From positions 124,001-188,000 of the forward strand of contig JAQGDQ010000351.1 of assembly GCA_030141605.1 (NCBI GenBank): a stretch of DNA of 64,000 nucleotides. The letters are read 5' to 3'. Below are positions 1-14,037 of the stretch, piece by piece. This stretch comes from Tubiluchus corallicola (lineage: Eukaryota; Animalia; Priapulida). Position 1 is the stretch's first letter, and every line of letters begins with the position of its first letter. A program made the position numbers and the translations under genes. Below the pieces are notes generated by a model. The model worked only from the letters and a program-made list of their open reading frames with translations. It did no database searches and was not told the DNA's origin.

Positions 1-1756
1 TTTTAGTGAGCCAGTGACGTTTTTCTGATGCACACCGGGATAGTGAAACAGTGATACTTTACCAGTTGGCGAGAAAATTTTAAGTCATTGAGAATTTTCT
101 TTTCCGCTTACACAAGTCTCTCGAACAGGCAAGCATAATGCTAACTGATATAACTTTGTATGGAAATTTACTTAAAATTGTTTTTTCTTCCTCCTTAAAT
201 ATGCAACTAGCCGAAAATCTTACTCTTACACAGACGCTCTACATGCGCCATAACGTATCACTACGTCTAATTTTAAAACACATTGGAACATTTAACCCCA
301 ATGTGCTATTTACTTTTAACGCCTACTGATTTTTGTCTGGGTCTTAAATTTTGCGATTTTTTTACTCATAAAATATTTATAGGTTGTATCGGTGCCGGAA
401 ACGCACAACACAAGTTGAAGCAGAAATACACGGAATTTAGCGTCACTGTAGACCACACACGCGCTCTAAGATTTTAACAATTTCACTAAATAACAATAAA
501 CAAACAGAAACGCATAATGCAGCGAGAATTACATCCAAACACAAATTACTTTTAAAGCCTAAAATATATATAGAGAGAGCGTACCGCTGTGCGCCATCTA
601 TAGCAAAAAATACAAAACAGTTTGTTACTCCATATAAAGGCTAATAGTATATTGTATGCCAAATGTTACGTAAATGTACATAAATTTAATGGAATCGTTG
701 ATAAAAAAACAAATCATACAAATTTTGAAAGTGCACCGTTTTTTTGCAAAATCTCATTGAAAATTTTCTACTAACAAACAACTATAAACATTTAAAAATC
801 AAGAAAAAGGCGACACTTTTCGGGGCAAGATGGATTCCCATGACTGCTGAACCACTCAGGAGCTCAGGCCTTAAAGCCCACACCAGACATCACCATCCCA
901 TCAGGCAGCTCAGTACCTCTTATAGCACCGAACAAAAGTCAGCAGCACATTATTATTTACATACCAGCACCTGCTCCATTACTGTGTCTTTACCCATGTA
1001 ATTTCTGTCGTGTAAATAATTATACGGTGTTTGTCATTGTATTTGATGTACTTTCAGTGTATTTTTGTAACAGTGATGTAACACAATAACACGGAAATGT
1101 GATTTTTAATAAATGAAGAATTTAGCAATTAACAAAAAATTCGACAATGCAACGCGGGATACTGCAATATTCCTCGAAGAAATAATGAGTTTATTAAATT
1201 AATGGTTTCAGCGCTATGTCTACCAACCAGACCACAGACGGATTCTTAATCTTTATCTCTGGTAGTTTAACATTTTTTAAATGAAGTCGTGCCCGTACTG
1301 CGCGTGTGATGGTGTCACACTGTTGACATGTTTGTGTATGTGGACACAGTAGCTCAAATTGATAGAGCATGTTCCCTGAAAGAGTTAAGCACTAGCTGGG
1401 AGTGAATACCAAAGTTTTTCAGTACCTCCTTCAGCTAATTAGCCATAATTTAAATTATTTAATTAGCTAACTGAATGTGTAAGGGTGTCACACTTAATGA
1501 TACATTAATCTTTAAATCAAATTTTCAGTACCTACCTCCACTACGTAGTAATGTACGTAAGTGTTCTCATGTCTGACAAAGCTTGTGCAAATTGCAGGAG
1601 AAACAGGCAGCTATGCAGATTCATTCATACAACCTGAAAAAAACAAGTTGAACTCAGTTACACGTTTATTAACCTGCAAAAAAACACGAAAAATACTAGA
1701 AGCAAGAGCAGTAACAATCTTTCGCAGCTTATCAGGCTTCCAGCATCCTTCAACAA

Positions 1757-1830
<74 letters not shown>
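1757..1830. repeat. (ATT)n microsatellite
   Basis: About 24 perfect units. Confidence 0.98.
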
Positions 1831-2820
1831 CATTAAATAATTAACTTTATCAAATTACTGTTTTCCTTTAATTAATAATATTATAATTAATTCCACCATC
1901 GCAATGAATGGCGCCAAGAATCATAACACGTCAGTATCACTCCGCTCCCCACACCCTCCTCGTGAAATCTCAGCAATACCTCAAGACAGCCTTCGTTTGA
2001 TTAACTCATTTCCAGCCTAGGTTGGCTCTAAGCTTGAGGAATCAGTACATCTCCCATCAGGCTACATTTTACTTTGACTTCAATGCTATTGACAGATGTA
2101 ATATCAATACACGCGCTTGCTTAAAGCCCCTTATTGGACGGAAATGGAGAATTTATTAGCGAACAGACACGCTACTAGACTGATTTACTGGCCAGCGATT
2201 GCAACAGAAGCTAAAGCCACAGAATGTCAACACAAATTTTCCGCCGCTTGGAAGAAGTAATGTGCGCGAGTACTAATTACATGACAGACACATTACCCTG
2301 CTATTGAATAGTTATCACAACAGCAATTTACAGGTGCAGTGTGTAAGAGAGATCCAGCTTTTCTATATGTATGTATTTGGGTTGCTATACAATTATACAT
2401 CATATTGATGTTATTTAAAATTTGTTTTGATTATTGACGTTCATCGATTTGTTATGTATTGTATAGCAGCATGACTCATGCCACTGAAATCAGGGATTTT
2501 AATTTTACAGCTGCAATTTACTTTATAAAGTTATTTGCAAAAACTCTAGAGAGCTCAGTTCAGAGGTGTTCAATTGTGACGCAGGGCACATGTTTGAAAA
2601 TTTATGCGTGAGTACACTAGTAAAAACCTAACATCTGGATTGTAAATTTAAAATTTGCCGAGTTTTTGTATATTACACTGAATGTTGTACAGTAGCACTG
2701 TACTTAATTTTCGCTTTCGCAAACACGTGCAAACACGCTCATGGAATGTTTGTGCAGTTGAAAATTATTTTCAGTTGCGTAGTCATCACTAAATGACCTC
2801 GCCCGCCTTTAATTAAGTAT

Positions 2821-2940
2821 TTAACCCATTATTCAATTATCAAAAATGCTTTGACATTATTATAGGTGTTAAAATGTATACTTTCTACCCACTTTAAAAT
2901 GGCCTAGGATATAAAAAAAATCACCCTGTTTTCCTTTAAG
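2821..2940 (+). mobile_element. piggyBac-like non-autonomous element end
   Basis: Begins TTAA|CCC. A diverged inverted copy lies at 24745-24848. Confidence 0.5.
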
Positions 2941-4582
2941 CGTCAATCAGAGAACATGTTTTTGGTTATCTACGCAAACCAAAGTCCTTACATCCTACAA
3001 AGTCATTCAGTGCACACACTGTTATGGGGTAGTATCATGTTTAACTGTCTGTATACGCATTGGTGTTTAGACAGCTGGTTAGCGCTGCCTGCCAGTAGCT
3101 ATTCTGCTTATCTACTGTCACTAAAACTGTTGAAACAATGAATATTATATGAAGATTGCCACGTTTCTACACTGACACACTGCAGTCCAATGTCTACAAT
3201 CAGCGTTTTAATCAAATACAGTTCAAATATTTATTACTGAAGGGAAAGAAATGTAAAAGTACAACTTTGCTACATGGGTAATTGTTAATTACGTAATCCA
3301 ATTTTCAAATCATCTACAATATAATTTACGTTACAGTTAACGTTAGGAACCGTGAGTGGATGAGTGAAGCCTGATATTTAAACTCATAATGAGTAATTAA
3401 AACATTTTGGTAGAACTGTACAGGTATGTTGTATAAAGTAGGTGGGTAGTGCTACATTCGGACAGTTGACTAAACTATTTTTAGCACTAACGTTTTCGCC
3501 AGCTTTTGCCTTCAATTGACAGTAAAGATGTTATAGTTTTCTGACGACTTGGCTAGCTGCTTGAAGCAGCTTCAAACTTTGAGCTTTCACTACCTGGTCA
3601 TTAAAAGACGCTCCCAGATATCAAAAAGCTACATCAGTCATCCAGGGTCCCACATTCTGGGTTCTTTAACTGACCTTGACCGTCACACTCGCTCACCCAC
3701 GCCGTCCGTTCTTGCGCGATTTCGTTACTGTGACAAAGACTTCAACAGAAAGATTTTGCAAGTTCGAAATCCACAGAACAAAGACGCCCCCCCCCCAAGT
3801 AACCGAAAGAGAAACCACGAAAAACTAAACTACTCCAAACGGTACCAAATGCAGTAAACAAAATAAGTTATCACTTAAAAACTAACTCCAGACAGTTTTC
3901 TCATATGGCCGCCTCTTCATAGATTCTCCCCCCAAGAAATGGGCCAGCATTTTTTATGAGCTACTGTCGTCACTTAACCCTTTGCTAGCAATTCCCATGA
4001 CAAGCCTCTCTCTATGCAGCATTTGGGAAAATTCCATATTTAATAACTTCTCTGAACAAAAGGTGCAGATAAATTACAGATATCACATGGAAATGAGAAG
4101 GCAACAATGATTAAAAGCATTTGAGTCTCATATTTATGAAACGAGCAGTAACGAGCAAGAGTTAAGGTCATCAAAAGCACATATATACAGACAAACTTGG
4201 CGGCCTCAACATTACCATATGCTTGCAATAAACGTGTTTAAAACCAATACAGGTTCATAAAAGCGTTTTATGTGTTTTCCTAGAAGTGTGTATGCTCGGC
4301 CTACCTAGTCAGAATGTGAGAGTTTAACAATCAATTGATACTGGCTGTTATAGTATAATCAGTCATACAACAGGTTTTTAATTATTCGTAAAACTAACGA
4401 CAGTATAAGTACGCGAATAGTGAGCGATCTAAGTACTATTATAGTCACATATCAAGGGACAACAATGTGACCTAAAAATTCGAACAAATGTACAAGGGAT
4501 GCATCTAATTAGTTACGGCACTCTACATTCGAACAAAGAATGAATCTGCCTTATTTTGGACTGCTTTAAGGTTTTGACAACT

Positions 4583-4660
4583 GGGCAATGCGGTGGCTTA
4601 GTGGTCTAAGGCGTCTGCAAAGTAAACAGCAAGTCGTGGTTCAAATCCAGGTGGCACTTC
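4583..4660 (+). mobile_element. tRNA-derived SINE head or tRNA pseudogene
   Basis: Pol III A box TGGCTTAGTGG (4594-4604) and B box GGTTCAAATCC (4638-4648). Anticodon and acceptor stems are broken. Confidence 0.6.
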
Positions 4661-7600
4661 AACTTCTTCACATTTGCAGTCTTTCAAGTTTGGTAACCAA
4701 ACTGTGTGTTTATAACATCACAAGCGGTGTATATACAAAACACGTGAATACGGTTCATGAATTAAGAAATCAAATGTCCATCAATTTATCTACAGCTTCA
4801 GTGCCCTCTCTGCTAGAAATAACTTTATCTGCAGCTTTAAAGTTAATCATTCGAACAGAAACAGGTAATTTTGTTAATAACCTAGATCAACTACTGCTTT
4901 GAGAGCTTTTTCGCTAATTTTCTACACGCCTCCACATAATTTCAGCAAATGCGCTGCTGTGAAACTTTTGCGCCTACAGGCACGTGTTGAAATCGATTTA
5001 ATAAAACCTTCTGTCGCGCATCCAAACGTCAGGAGCCTCACTGGCAGAGTAAATGCTGAATTTTATATTGATCACGCTGATCAACAGACACAGCACGGAG
5101 CGCAGTGTGTCACTATCCGCCTCATTTCCCCGGATTTGCAGGCGCTGGATGAGTGGGAGGGGGTAGGTGGGTGATTGTGACGGAAGGAAAACATGTAGGC
5201 ACAAACGCAAGTATTAATTAGTTTATCAACAAGTGAATTTTGTGCTACAAATGACGCAAGAGGAAAATTAAACTTCCGGTATAATGGGAATTGGGAAAAG
5301 CTAAATGATCATTTCATCATGATCTCAAGCATCATCATAATCATCTCATTTTAAAGTAGATTTGTGAATAAGTGTAATAACTCAATACCGAAAAACATTG
5401 ACATGACATATTATGCCGCAAAATCCTCATATAACAGCATTCAAAACTTTGAGAAGTGAGAAAAGAAGCATCGTTGTGGCTGCAGAAGTTTCCGTTAAGG
5501 GAAGTGAGGTTCTATGATTGTAATCACTGATTATATACTTTTGTATTTTTTCCTTGTGTTCTTTGTATTTCTTGCGCTTCAGCGCTTTTTTTGAATTTTT
5601 CTATGCGACTGCATCCTTTTTTTACACATAATATAAACTCTCTTGGAAGTTAGTATTTGTAATTTCGTTTTATTTCTCCTCATTTTTTCTTTGTTATTCT
5701 TTCCTGAAGATACATTACTAGCGAAAGTTGATGCTTCTTCCATGTTTTTTAACTGTGGTTTTCATTAATTAAATCGCTGTTAAATTTTAGTAAAACGTTT
5801 ATATTGCACCCACCCAATGGCACTTTCATTGTATTTGATATATAATAAAAAAATCCCAGACACAATATTTTGGTAAACTACCATTGTTTACCAAACAATA
5901 TCTCCCAGTAACAGAACAATATCTCCCAGTTGCTATGTCCATTAGGCCTATATTTTTTGTATTGTATATAATGGTGACTATTTATTTATGCGTTTGCATG
6001 TGCATTTATGATTTGCTGTCAGTTTCCTTGCAGTGAAGAAATACTGAGCTTTGTCTAAGGCTGAATGTACTACTCGCTGTTAGAATTTTAACAATAAAAC
6101 GATTTATTACATTTAAAAGCTAACGAGTTACTGGCATCTAGCGGGACGTTTGCTCAAGAAAATAAATGTGTTCATCTATACTTTAATAACAAGCTGTATG
6201 TTTTTCTGGTAAACCTGTAAGGATTTTTCGTGTCAGCACTTTTGAGCAAATTTGCTCTAATTTCGGCAGCTGTTTGCTCAAGTGGGTTGTTCAGTGCGCT
6301 ATATTCAACACATTTCAATCAATTAAAAACAGGAATTCAAAAAATGCTAAACCAACGCAGCAGGAAACAAACTGCGCAAAGAATCTTCAGATTATTTCTT
6401 TCTTTATCTCTCCTTACCGACCGCTAAAATTCAAGCAGTTAAAGATTTGCTGTACGTACACAAAACCACCACCAATGAGCAACAGACAACGACCTAAAAT
6501 CAAACCAAAACGTAAACAGGTGTTGAATGCATAGAGTAACCTTCTCTAGACACCTGCGTCACCAAACGTTGCTGGTTTTTCCAACAAAAGAAGCGCGGTC
6601 AGTTTGGGTTGATTTTTTGAAAACGCTGTACAGACGCTGCATGAAAAGGAAGAAAAGAAGCGGGGTGATAATGTTGTTCCAGTGGAAGGATCGACATCCT
6701 TTTTCTGCATACTGTTCAATTGTTCATAAGTTACAAGTAGCGCATCTATATATATATAAAGAGCACGAGAAATGTGTGATTTATTCCTAAGTAAATATTT
6801 CATGTGGCTTAAAATGGCATCACTCAGACGCACAAGGCTTTAAAGTATCTCTCCATTCTCTACGCGCAGTTTTCAAGCAAATTGGAAAATTGTTAATTCG
6901 ATTATCGCTTAAATGTCACTGGGATTTTGAAATTTATAAAGCTTGGCAGTATGACTGCGCACCAAAGAAAATTCTTTCCGACAGCTTTAGCCTTTTAGTT
7001 GTTATTCCGTTCACACCAATTCATTCTCTCAAGGTCGCCCCAATAACGACTTAAACATTAGCTAATAAAGATCTTTCCGTTCATTCAAACGTAACTTAAA
7101 ACCGACACGATATTTCATGATGCGACGAAAAAAGCAATTTATCTCGGTAGTTCCAAAGATGGAGTTAAAATCTCCTTACAGAGTTCGGGGGATTAAACAC
7201 TGTAATATACTACGCAACAAGGTTGTCACACACAAATATGGTAAACTAACAGTTTAGCTTGGAAATACTACAAAAGCTAGGCCGCCATTTGTAAATATGA
7301 CCATTTCACAATTCACAACGTACTGTACTTACATGCAGTAACAAAGATTACAACGCTGCTTGGTAGAGGTCTGCCTGCCATTCATGGGCAAGGCACTTGC
7401 AGATATTAACACTCGAGCAACTTATATTTTAAGATAAACTAACTAAACAATTGAAGTATCTTTAAGTCCAAAGTTCGACATAGCTGCATTGCTCCACTGA
7501 AAACGTGTAAGGCGGCAATTTAAAAAGACCAGCCGCGTTTGAAGTTGGACTAAACTTTGCTCGTATGTTCTAGGTCGATAAATGCTGACAACAGCAATCT

Positions 7601-10600
7601 TTTAATAATAATTTCAAAACCAGTACACTGCAGAAAGTAAATTATTGACTGCCCAGACAAGGACAGTGTTTAAAACTGTACACTTCACGTATAATTTAGC
7701 TGCAAGTTAAAAAGTAAAAAAATACTTATCCTTAACTTGTCAGTTATCGCGATAAACTGGTGACATACGAAACTTATTACAAGTCAACTCGTTGTTAAAA
7801 CACTAAATATTTTCAAACACAAGTTTAATGCAACTGGGTTGCAAAAAAGTTGCAAAAAGTAACTTGAATGTTGCTACACATTTCAGGGCTGTTCATTAAC
7901 CAACATATACGTAAACAACAAAATGAAATACGAAAATATTTACAGCACCTGAGGTATCACCATCGCCAAAAATAAATTTAAGGAATTTATGAATATGCAT
8001 GTTGCCGTTCTTTTTTGCAAAATAGTACGTCTTGCAAAATAAGTAACTTAAGCTAAACTAATGAGGTCCTAAATCCTAATCTAATACAATTTAAAGTGAA
8101 CTTCGTATGTGGCAAATAAAATTCTAATGATATCATTAAATTTGCACTATTATTGCAAACAATTCACATAAACTTATTCAAAAAGCAACGCGCACTTTTC
8201 ACACGATTCATCAAGCTTTTATTAACTTTAAACGGGTTCATCATGAATAACGCAACTTATTTCATTTCAATCAAAAAGCGCACTGACATTTTTATTAACA
8301 AATTACCAAAGGTATCATACAAAGAGTGATTTTCCCCACAACTTAATGCTCAACGCTACGGGCAATACACGCAGCGTAAAGTGTTGTTAATGCACGTTAA
8401 ACGCTTCTTAATTAATATCACTTACTCAATGAAAATGTAGTACATTTCAAACCAGGCGTAAATCATCGATAGTCATCACACAGTTGGTGTAGTCAATAAT
8501 CAATCATCTTATAATCTTCAGAAATTTACACACATACAAAGTAGGTCCATTGCAAGCTAAGTGAAATACAAATTACTTTTACATTGATTTGACGATGTAC
8601 TGCCACAATCAAACAGACGGCACTCCCTGTAAATGGGTCGAATATTTGCAATCAATATTAAAACACACTGATACAGCTATTATGCATTAACTTACTGGTG
8701 ACACACAAACACACGGGCATTAATCAGCACAGAAATACCATGCATGCCAAATTGTTTTCTCCTTGTGAAGGACACAGACGTAACTTTTTTCGACGTTTCT
8801 CACTTGGCGCACTTTAGCTGCAAAATCAGAACATAAAGTTCGACGAAATCGGTTCGAGACGGAACGCACGATTATCACACCTTGTTCGAACTGTGACCAG
8901 ATATCACATTAAGTCCATTAAAGCGCTCCACAGAAGGGGTAGAGGGCCCTGTTTCCGACAAGCTAGCAACCACCAGCGGCCCATTGTCTGCATCTAAAGA
9001 TACTGGCTATTATTGGTACGCGCAACGCAAACAGGATAGAAACGAGAGGCGTCTCCAGATCTTACGATCATTGAGCAACTCAACTTAACTAAATTCACTA
9101 CAGATCGACCAGGAGGTTTTAATACGTATCCAAAGAACTTTTTCTTCATAAACAAATAATGGAAAATATCTTTAGGAATCAGTAAGCTGCACTCGTGACT
9201 ATAAACAAAACTTTCTGGGCCCCCGCAATGCGAAAGATGGGCAAGCCCCCGCGAAAAGCAAGGTAAAGGTATGAATGGTAGTGCTGCTTTGCAGGCAGGT
9301 TTACCACCTGGGGTAAGAGTACTGTACAAGTCACGCCAGTATTGTAGCTAACCCCGTTAGAACAGTTTATGTATGAAAAGGTACATGAGCAGACATAACG
9401 AAATTTAATTGTGTTGTCTATTTAACTGGTACACACTGATGTAGGCGATTAGATAAAGCAAATCTTTTAAGAACCATCTTGGTTTAGTCTAATCACTTTA
9501 CAACTGGTTAATTTGACGAAATTTAACGTTTAATTCGAATTCATGCCCATAACGTTTGATGCCCATAACGAAATCATGTCAAACGAAAACACAAACATGT
9601 TGGAAAAGATATCGCCATACTTTAATAGGAATGATAGGATGAAATTTCACTAACGTACGATACTAAAATTTAAAAATTTCGAAGAAGTCAAAAATTTGCA
9701 CGCAAGAAATTATGACACCTATAATAGTTAGATTTCTGTAGCACTTGATTTTCATATCGGTAATATTTATTGACATTCTACAAAACACAACTTGATAAAG
9801 GAAAAATAACAATAATACACATGCAGCAATGAAGCCATGCCTTCGAGCGAAAAAAGTACCAAAATAATGTTTTTAAGTATTTTGCCTCCGGGCGAAAAAA
9901 GTACGTCTATAGTTCCTGCATTTCGTCATGTACAATCGTAGCAGAAATGTTCAACGTACTATTGTTCTCATATTAAAGACCAATATTTCTTTTGATTGTA
10001 TCTGTCATTACAACACAATGGTGACAATTATTTTGATAATTATTACGCAGTATCAGTAAAAATCAGAAAAGGCCACTTACATTGCTTTCTTCTTGTTAAC
10101 TATAAAGACTAAGTTACAGCTTCATCAATGCAGTAACAGCAATTGAATCAGAAGAAAAACTAAAACAACTCAAACAACTATAAAAACTCGTACAAAAGTG
10201 AAGAGCAAATCACTGATATATTTACAGTGTAAACTTCGTATTAGTTCACTTAATAGGACGATGGGAGTCGCGCCATATACCCTGCTAACCCCAGTTTGTC
10301 AATGTATCAAGAATGTAATTGACCAAGTATAATATTAGGCTACCTGTGATAAATGGGCGTTACATTACTAAGAAAACATATTAAGCTACATCAATGTTAT
10401 ATACTCTAAAATGAATCAGTGCGAATTAAAAGACACTTAAGAGCTACTCTATCCGTGTCAATACCCCCAATATGTGGCCCACAAAATTACACCTCATAAT
10501 TAGACCCGATGAAGTAATTGACGCGAAATCGCATTTAATGTGATTCTGTCGAGATAGTTTATGGCTAAAATTGCCATTCTGAGAAAACTTTATAAATTTA

Positions 10601-11139
10601 TGATACTCAGAGAACACTGCTGATTTCAAATCCTGCCGCCGCCAGGGAGGATCTAAGCGGTGGAAACGTGAAAAGGCTCCACATACTCTCCATAATTAAT
10701 CGTAATCTCGTCATCATTGAAATGAAACAATACAGACTACGATGAATCCTATAACACAAAAAAGCTTTTACTTTTTTCAAAAATGAAGATATGCCCTAGT
10801 GGACCTTACAAAGAGTGTTTTCAAAAAGGAGTTTAATGGAGCAGTAGAACACTTGAATGTCCAAGATCGCGTGAAATGCAACGTATTTAGTCAGCAACAA
10901 CAATGTCAACTATACCTTTTTACATTACATACTTGTTATTCCTTGTTTAGTTAACTGAACGAAAAATGAAGAAACAGAAAACAGCTCGACAAAAACGAAA
11001 GGAGAACACCATTTTCTTACAATCTGGTAAATCTGGTAACCAGGTAATGTAATTCTCCAAAGGTGTGATAACACCTTATTTAATGTGACTGCAAGGTACT
11101 GTGGCAGTTACTCAACAAATTATCTCAAGTAAATAATAA

Positions 11140-11390
11140 TTATCCACTCGCAACGAGGTATAGCAACGAGTCCGTTCGTGTCTTTGTCTATTAGTTTGTT
11201 CGTCTGTCCGTCCAGCCGTCTGTCCTTAATTCCAAAAAGCTTTTGGATGGATGCAATTCAAGTCCTAATAATTGACCGAAGCTTTCGTATTCACATATAA
11301 GATACCCGTTCACAGAGGAAGAACTTTATCGATTTTGGAGTCCCAGGGTCAAAGGTCAGGGTTACAGGGCCCAAAACAAGGTAAAAACCA
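11140..11390 (+). mobile_element. DINE-1/HINE-like (Helentron-associated) non-autonomous element remnant
   Basis: Internal degenerate (GTCC/GTCT)n tract, then gaagaactttatcgattttggagtc...ggtcaaaggtcagggttac, an arrangement recalled as typical of invertebrate HINEs. Confidence 0.55.
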
Positions 11391-12909
11391 CATCTTTTAA
11401 ACTTGCGAAGGATGATTCGATGTAGAAAGTTTGTTTTATTTAATTACTTATTACGGATCTATGACAGTCTCGACCTTCTAAAATAGAAATATGCAACGCA
11501 ATTTATATTTATAACAGAAATATGGGAGTAAAAAATACTAGTTTTGTCAAAGAGTACAATTTTACTGAAAATGATAATCCGGTCAATCCTGAATTAAAGT
11601 TATGCTAGCATTTTGAAAATTTGTGTTTTTTGTCGAAACCATCACATTTTACCAGTTTTATTGTCCAAACTTGACGCGCACCACGTACTTTGGTGACCCC
11701 CGAATTACAGATTCTTGCATATTCCCTGTTTCATTGCTCTCTGAATCACCGAGGGCGTATCCATATCAGGGCGTCCAGACTAAGAATACTATATCCGCAG
11801 TACTAACAAAATTACTTGAAATCAAAAGCAAAACTGTTCTTCATATGTCGTCACATAATATGCAGTGTACCATGGAAATTCGATAGAGAAAAATTTGATG
11901 AGGAAGGTGGGTCACCTACACCTGTCCCTTCTAGCCCGCCCCAAACTCAGATAATTGCTGCGCTGTCAAAAATCTCTCTATTACTGTCAAAACTGTAGCA
12001 AACAAACCAGTTGGGTCAAACATGAATGGTAAAACTCTTGCTATTTCAACACGCAAACAGATTAGGCAGCAATCGGTCGACAAAAACAGCTAAAAAGGCT
12101 AGTTAAAGAGCACATTCCCCGAGAGCGAACGGCCGACAATGCATTTACGGGAAAGCCTTTATACAGCTAAAAGGCTAATCGACTATCAAAATCATCATTT
12201 TAGGGCCCTTGTGTTGGAAAAATCGTAATCCCAAAACAGTATCCCATTTGTAGACAGTGGCTTACATTAAGTCATAAACACCCGGGTATTTACTAAAGCT
12301 GGTAAAACTCAACATATTTAGACTTAGTCGGTTTAGTAAAGCTTACCACTTGCAGTTAATTAAACACTCTATAGTGCATGAACAGTCTGAATAAGCAATA
12401 CGTTGCTTTTTGTCAATGTAAACAATGTGCACGACAAAGTACAACTTTCGGTACACATCTGTAAGACAATCTTATATATAAAATACGGTTAAATTAACAA
12501 ATCATAAACTGTTTCCATTACAAAAGATACAAGTATACAAAAACCTTATTAATACTGATGCAACATGTAGTGCATGAGATTGATGTAATAACATATAAAC
12601 TATTTAGCCGTACATGACGTTGTAAAGATGTTGCATAAAATGGTGTGTAATTTAGTGAAGTTTTGGAACCATTTCAACTTCCTCTGAATTGGTAATTAAT
12701 ATATAGCAGTTTTTGTACATATAGAGTAATTTTGTATTTGAAAATTTTCAGCATATTCCTGTGGTTACTGACCTAAGGTACTATTACTTAACAATTAATA
12801 TTTATAATCTTAAATTTCGAAATTACTATTAATGGCGGAACTAACCAACAATTAGATAAAATTTATAAAACCAAGTAATTATTTCGACTTAAATGAAAGA
12901 AAATGTGAA

Positions 12910-13000
12910 GGGTCAGGACGCAACCTGGATTTGAACCATGCAACTGCCGCTTAGCAGCTAATTTCAACGAGGTGTGGGGTTGGCTGCACCATTGCTTAAC
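12910..13000 (-). mobile_element. tRNA-derived SINE head remnant
   Basis: Minus-strand B box GGTTCAAATCC (12927-12937) in the same TGGTTCAAATCCAGGT context as the 4638 copy. Confidence 0.5.
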
Positions 13001-13903
13001 TATGTTGTTAATTGGATCACAACGGAAACGACTTCATGGCTTTGATGTACTTATAAATTTACTATTTGCCTACGGTTTATCACAGGTCTGCTTGCCTACC
13101 AACTCACCAACTGCAAACTTTTGCTATACAAAAGTTTTCTTATGCAGTTTAATTATAAGACCAATAAAAATGTTTAATAAGCATGGGGTCTAGTGAAAAA
13201 GCATTTTCTCTTACATATATTCCAAGCTTAAAAAGTAATAGAATACGTTGTTTTATTTACAAAGAGCCGGTACAGTTACTGTAGTGAACTGGAAAAATTT
13301 CCAAAGGACTAAATAAATATACCTTCAGTTCATAAATAGGACCTGTACAGTAACGCAGTGCGAGATGAGTTACTGCAACCTATTATTGGTCCAGGAACTA
13401 CCCATCCAAAGGCCAACAATTATAGTTCACTTATAACGTAAAAAATGTTATTTTATAGTTTTGGATTAGGGAAACAAGTCACTCACTGTCACAATGAAGT
13501 TCTAAGCTGCTCTAATTTGTACATAACTTGTACAAGCCAGCAATTTCAGTCGTCCGTACGTGTCTAAGTCAATTAGCGCGGCATACCTGGGTGTATTACA
13601 CGACAATAAAACGAAACCTAGTGTAACGAGATTTTAAACGCTTAGCCCGAATCAAAATTTGTCGCTCACGGGCACGCAAGGTTCGCGAGCATTCCGTTGC
13701 ATTCAAAAACGTGTTCTCGCACATTTTTGAGTAACGATTAGTTTTTTAAAACAAATAGAAGACAAGCAACTGGCAAGGCTTTACTAAACTGCAGTTTGCA
13801 CGGGTTAGATATGTTGCTAAGCGAGAGAACGACCGAAAAACCACTAGCTAGTAGATACAAAATGTCTCAAGAAAATAATTTGAAATTTATATATTGTAGC
13901 CAT

Positions 13904-14037
13904 AAACAGTTGTAGAGTAATTAAGAAAAGGTATAGTCAACTGCTTAAATCCCTTTTATTAAGAAAAGGTATAGTCAACTGCTTAAATCCCTTTAAGCAG
14001 TTGACTATACCTTTTCTTAATTACTCTACAACTGTTT
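13904..14037. repeat. Perfect 46-bp inverted repeat enclosing a 37-bp direct duplication
   Basis: 13904-13949 is the exact reverse complement of 13992-14037. 13920-13956 is repeated at 13958-13994. Confidence 0.95.

Noticed and set aside
823-840. GGCAAGATG resembling the miR-31 seed region
   Set aside because: The rest of the mature sequence and the hairpin are absent
4583-4660. Functional tRNA gene
   Set aside because: Acceptor and anticodon stems do not pair, so a SINE or pseudogene is more likely
6527-6790. THAP-like FP...R..W motif (LLVFPTKEARSVWVDFLK)
   Set aside because: No intact C2CH ligands or splice support, and too weak to call
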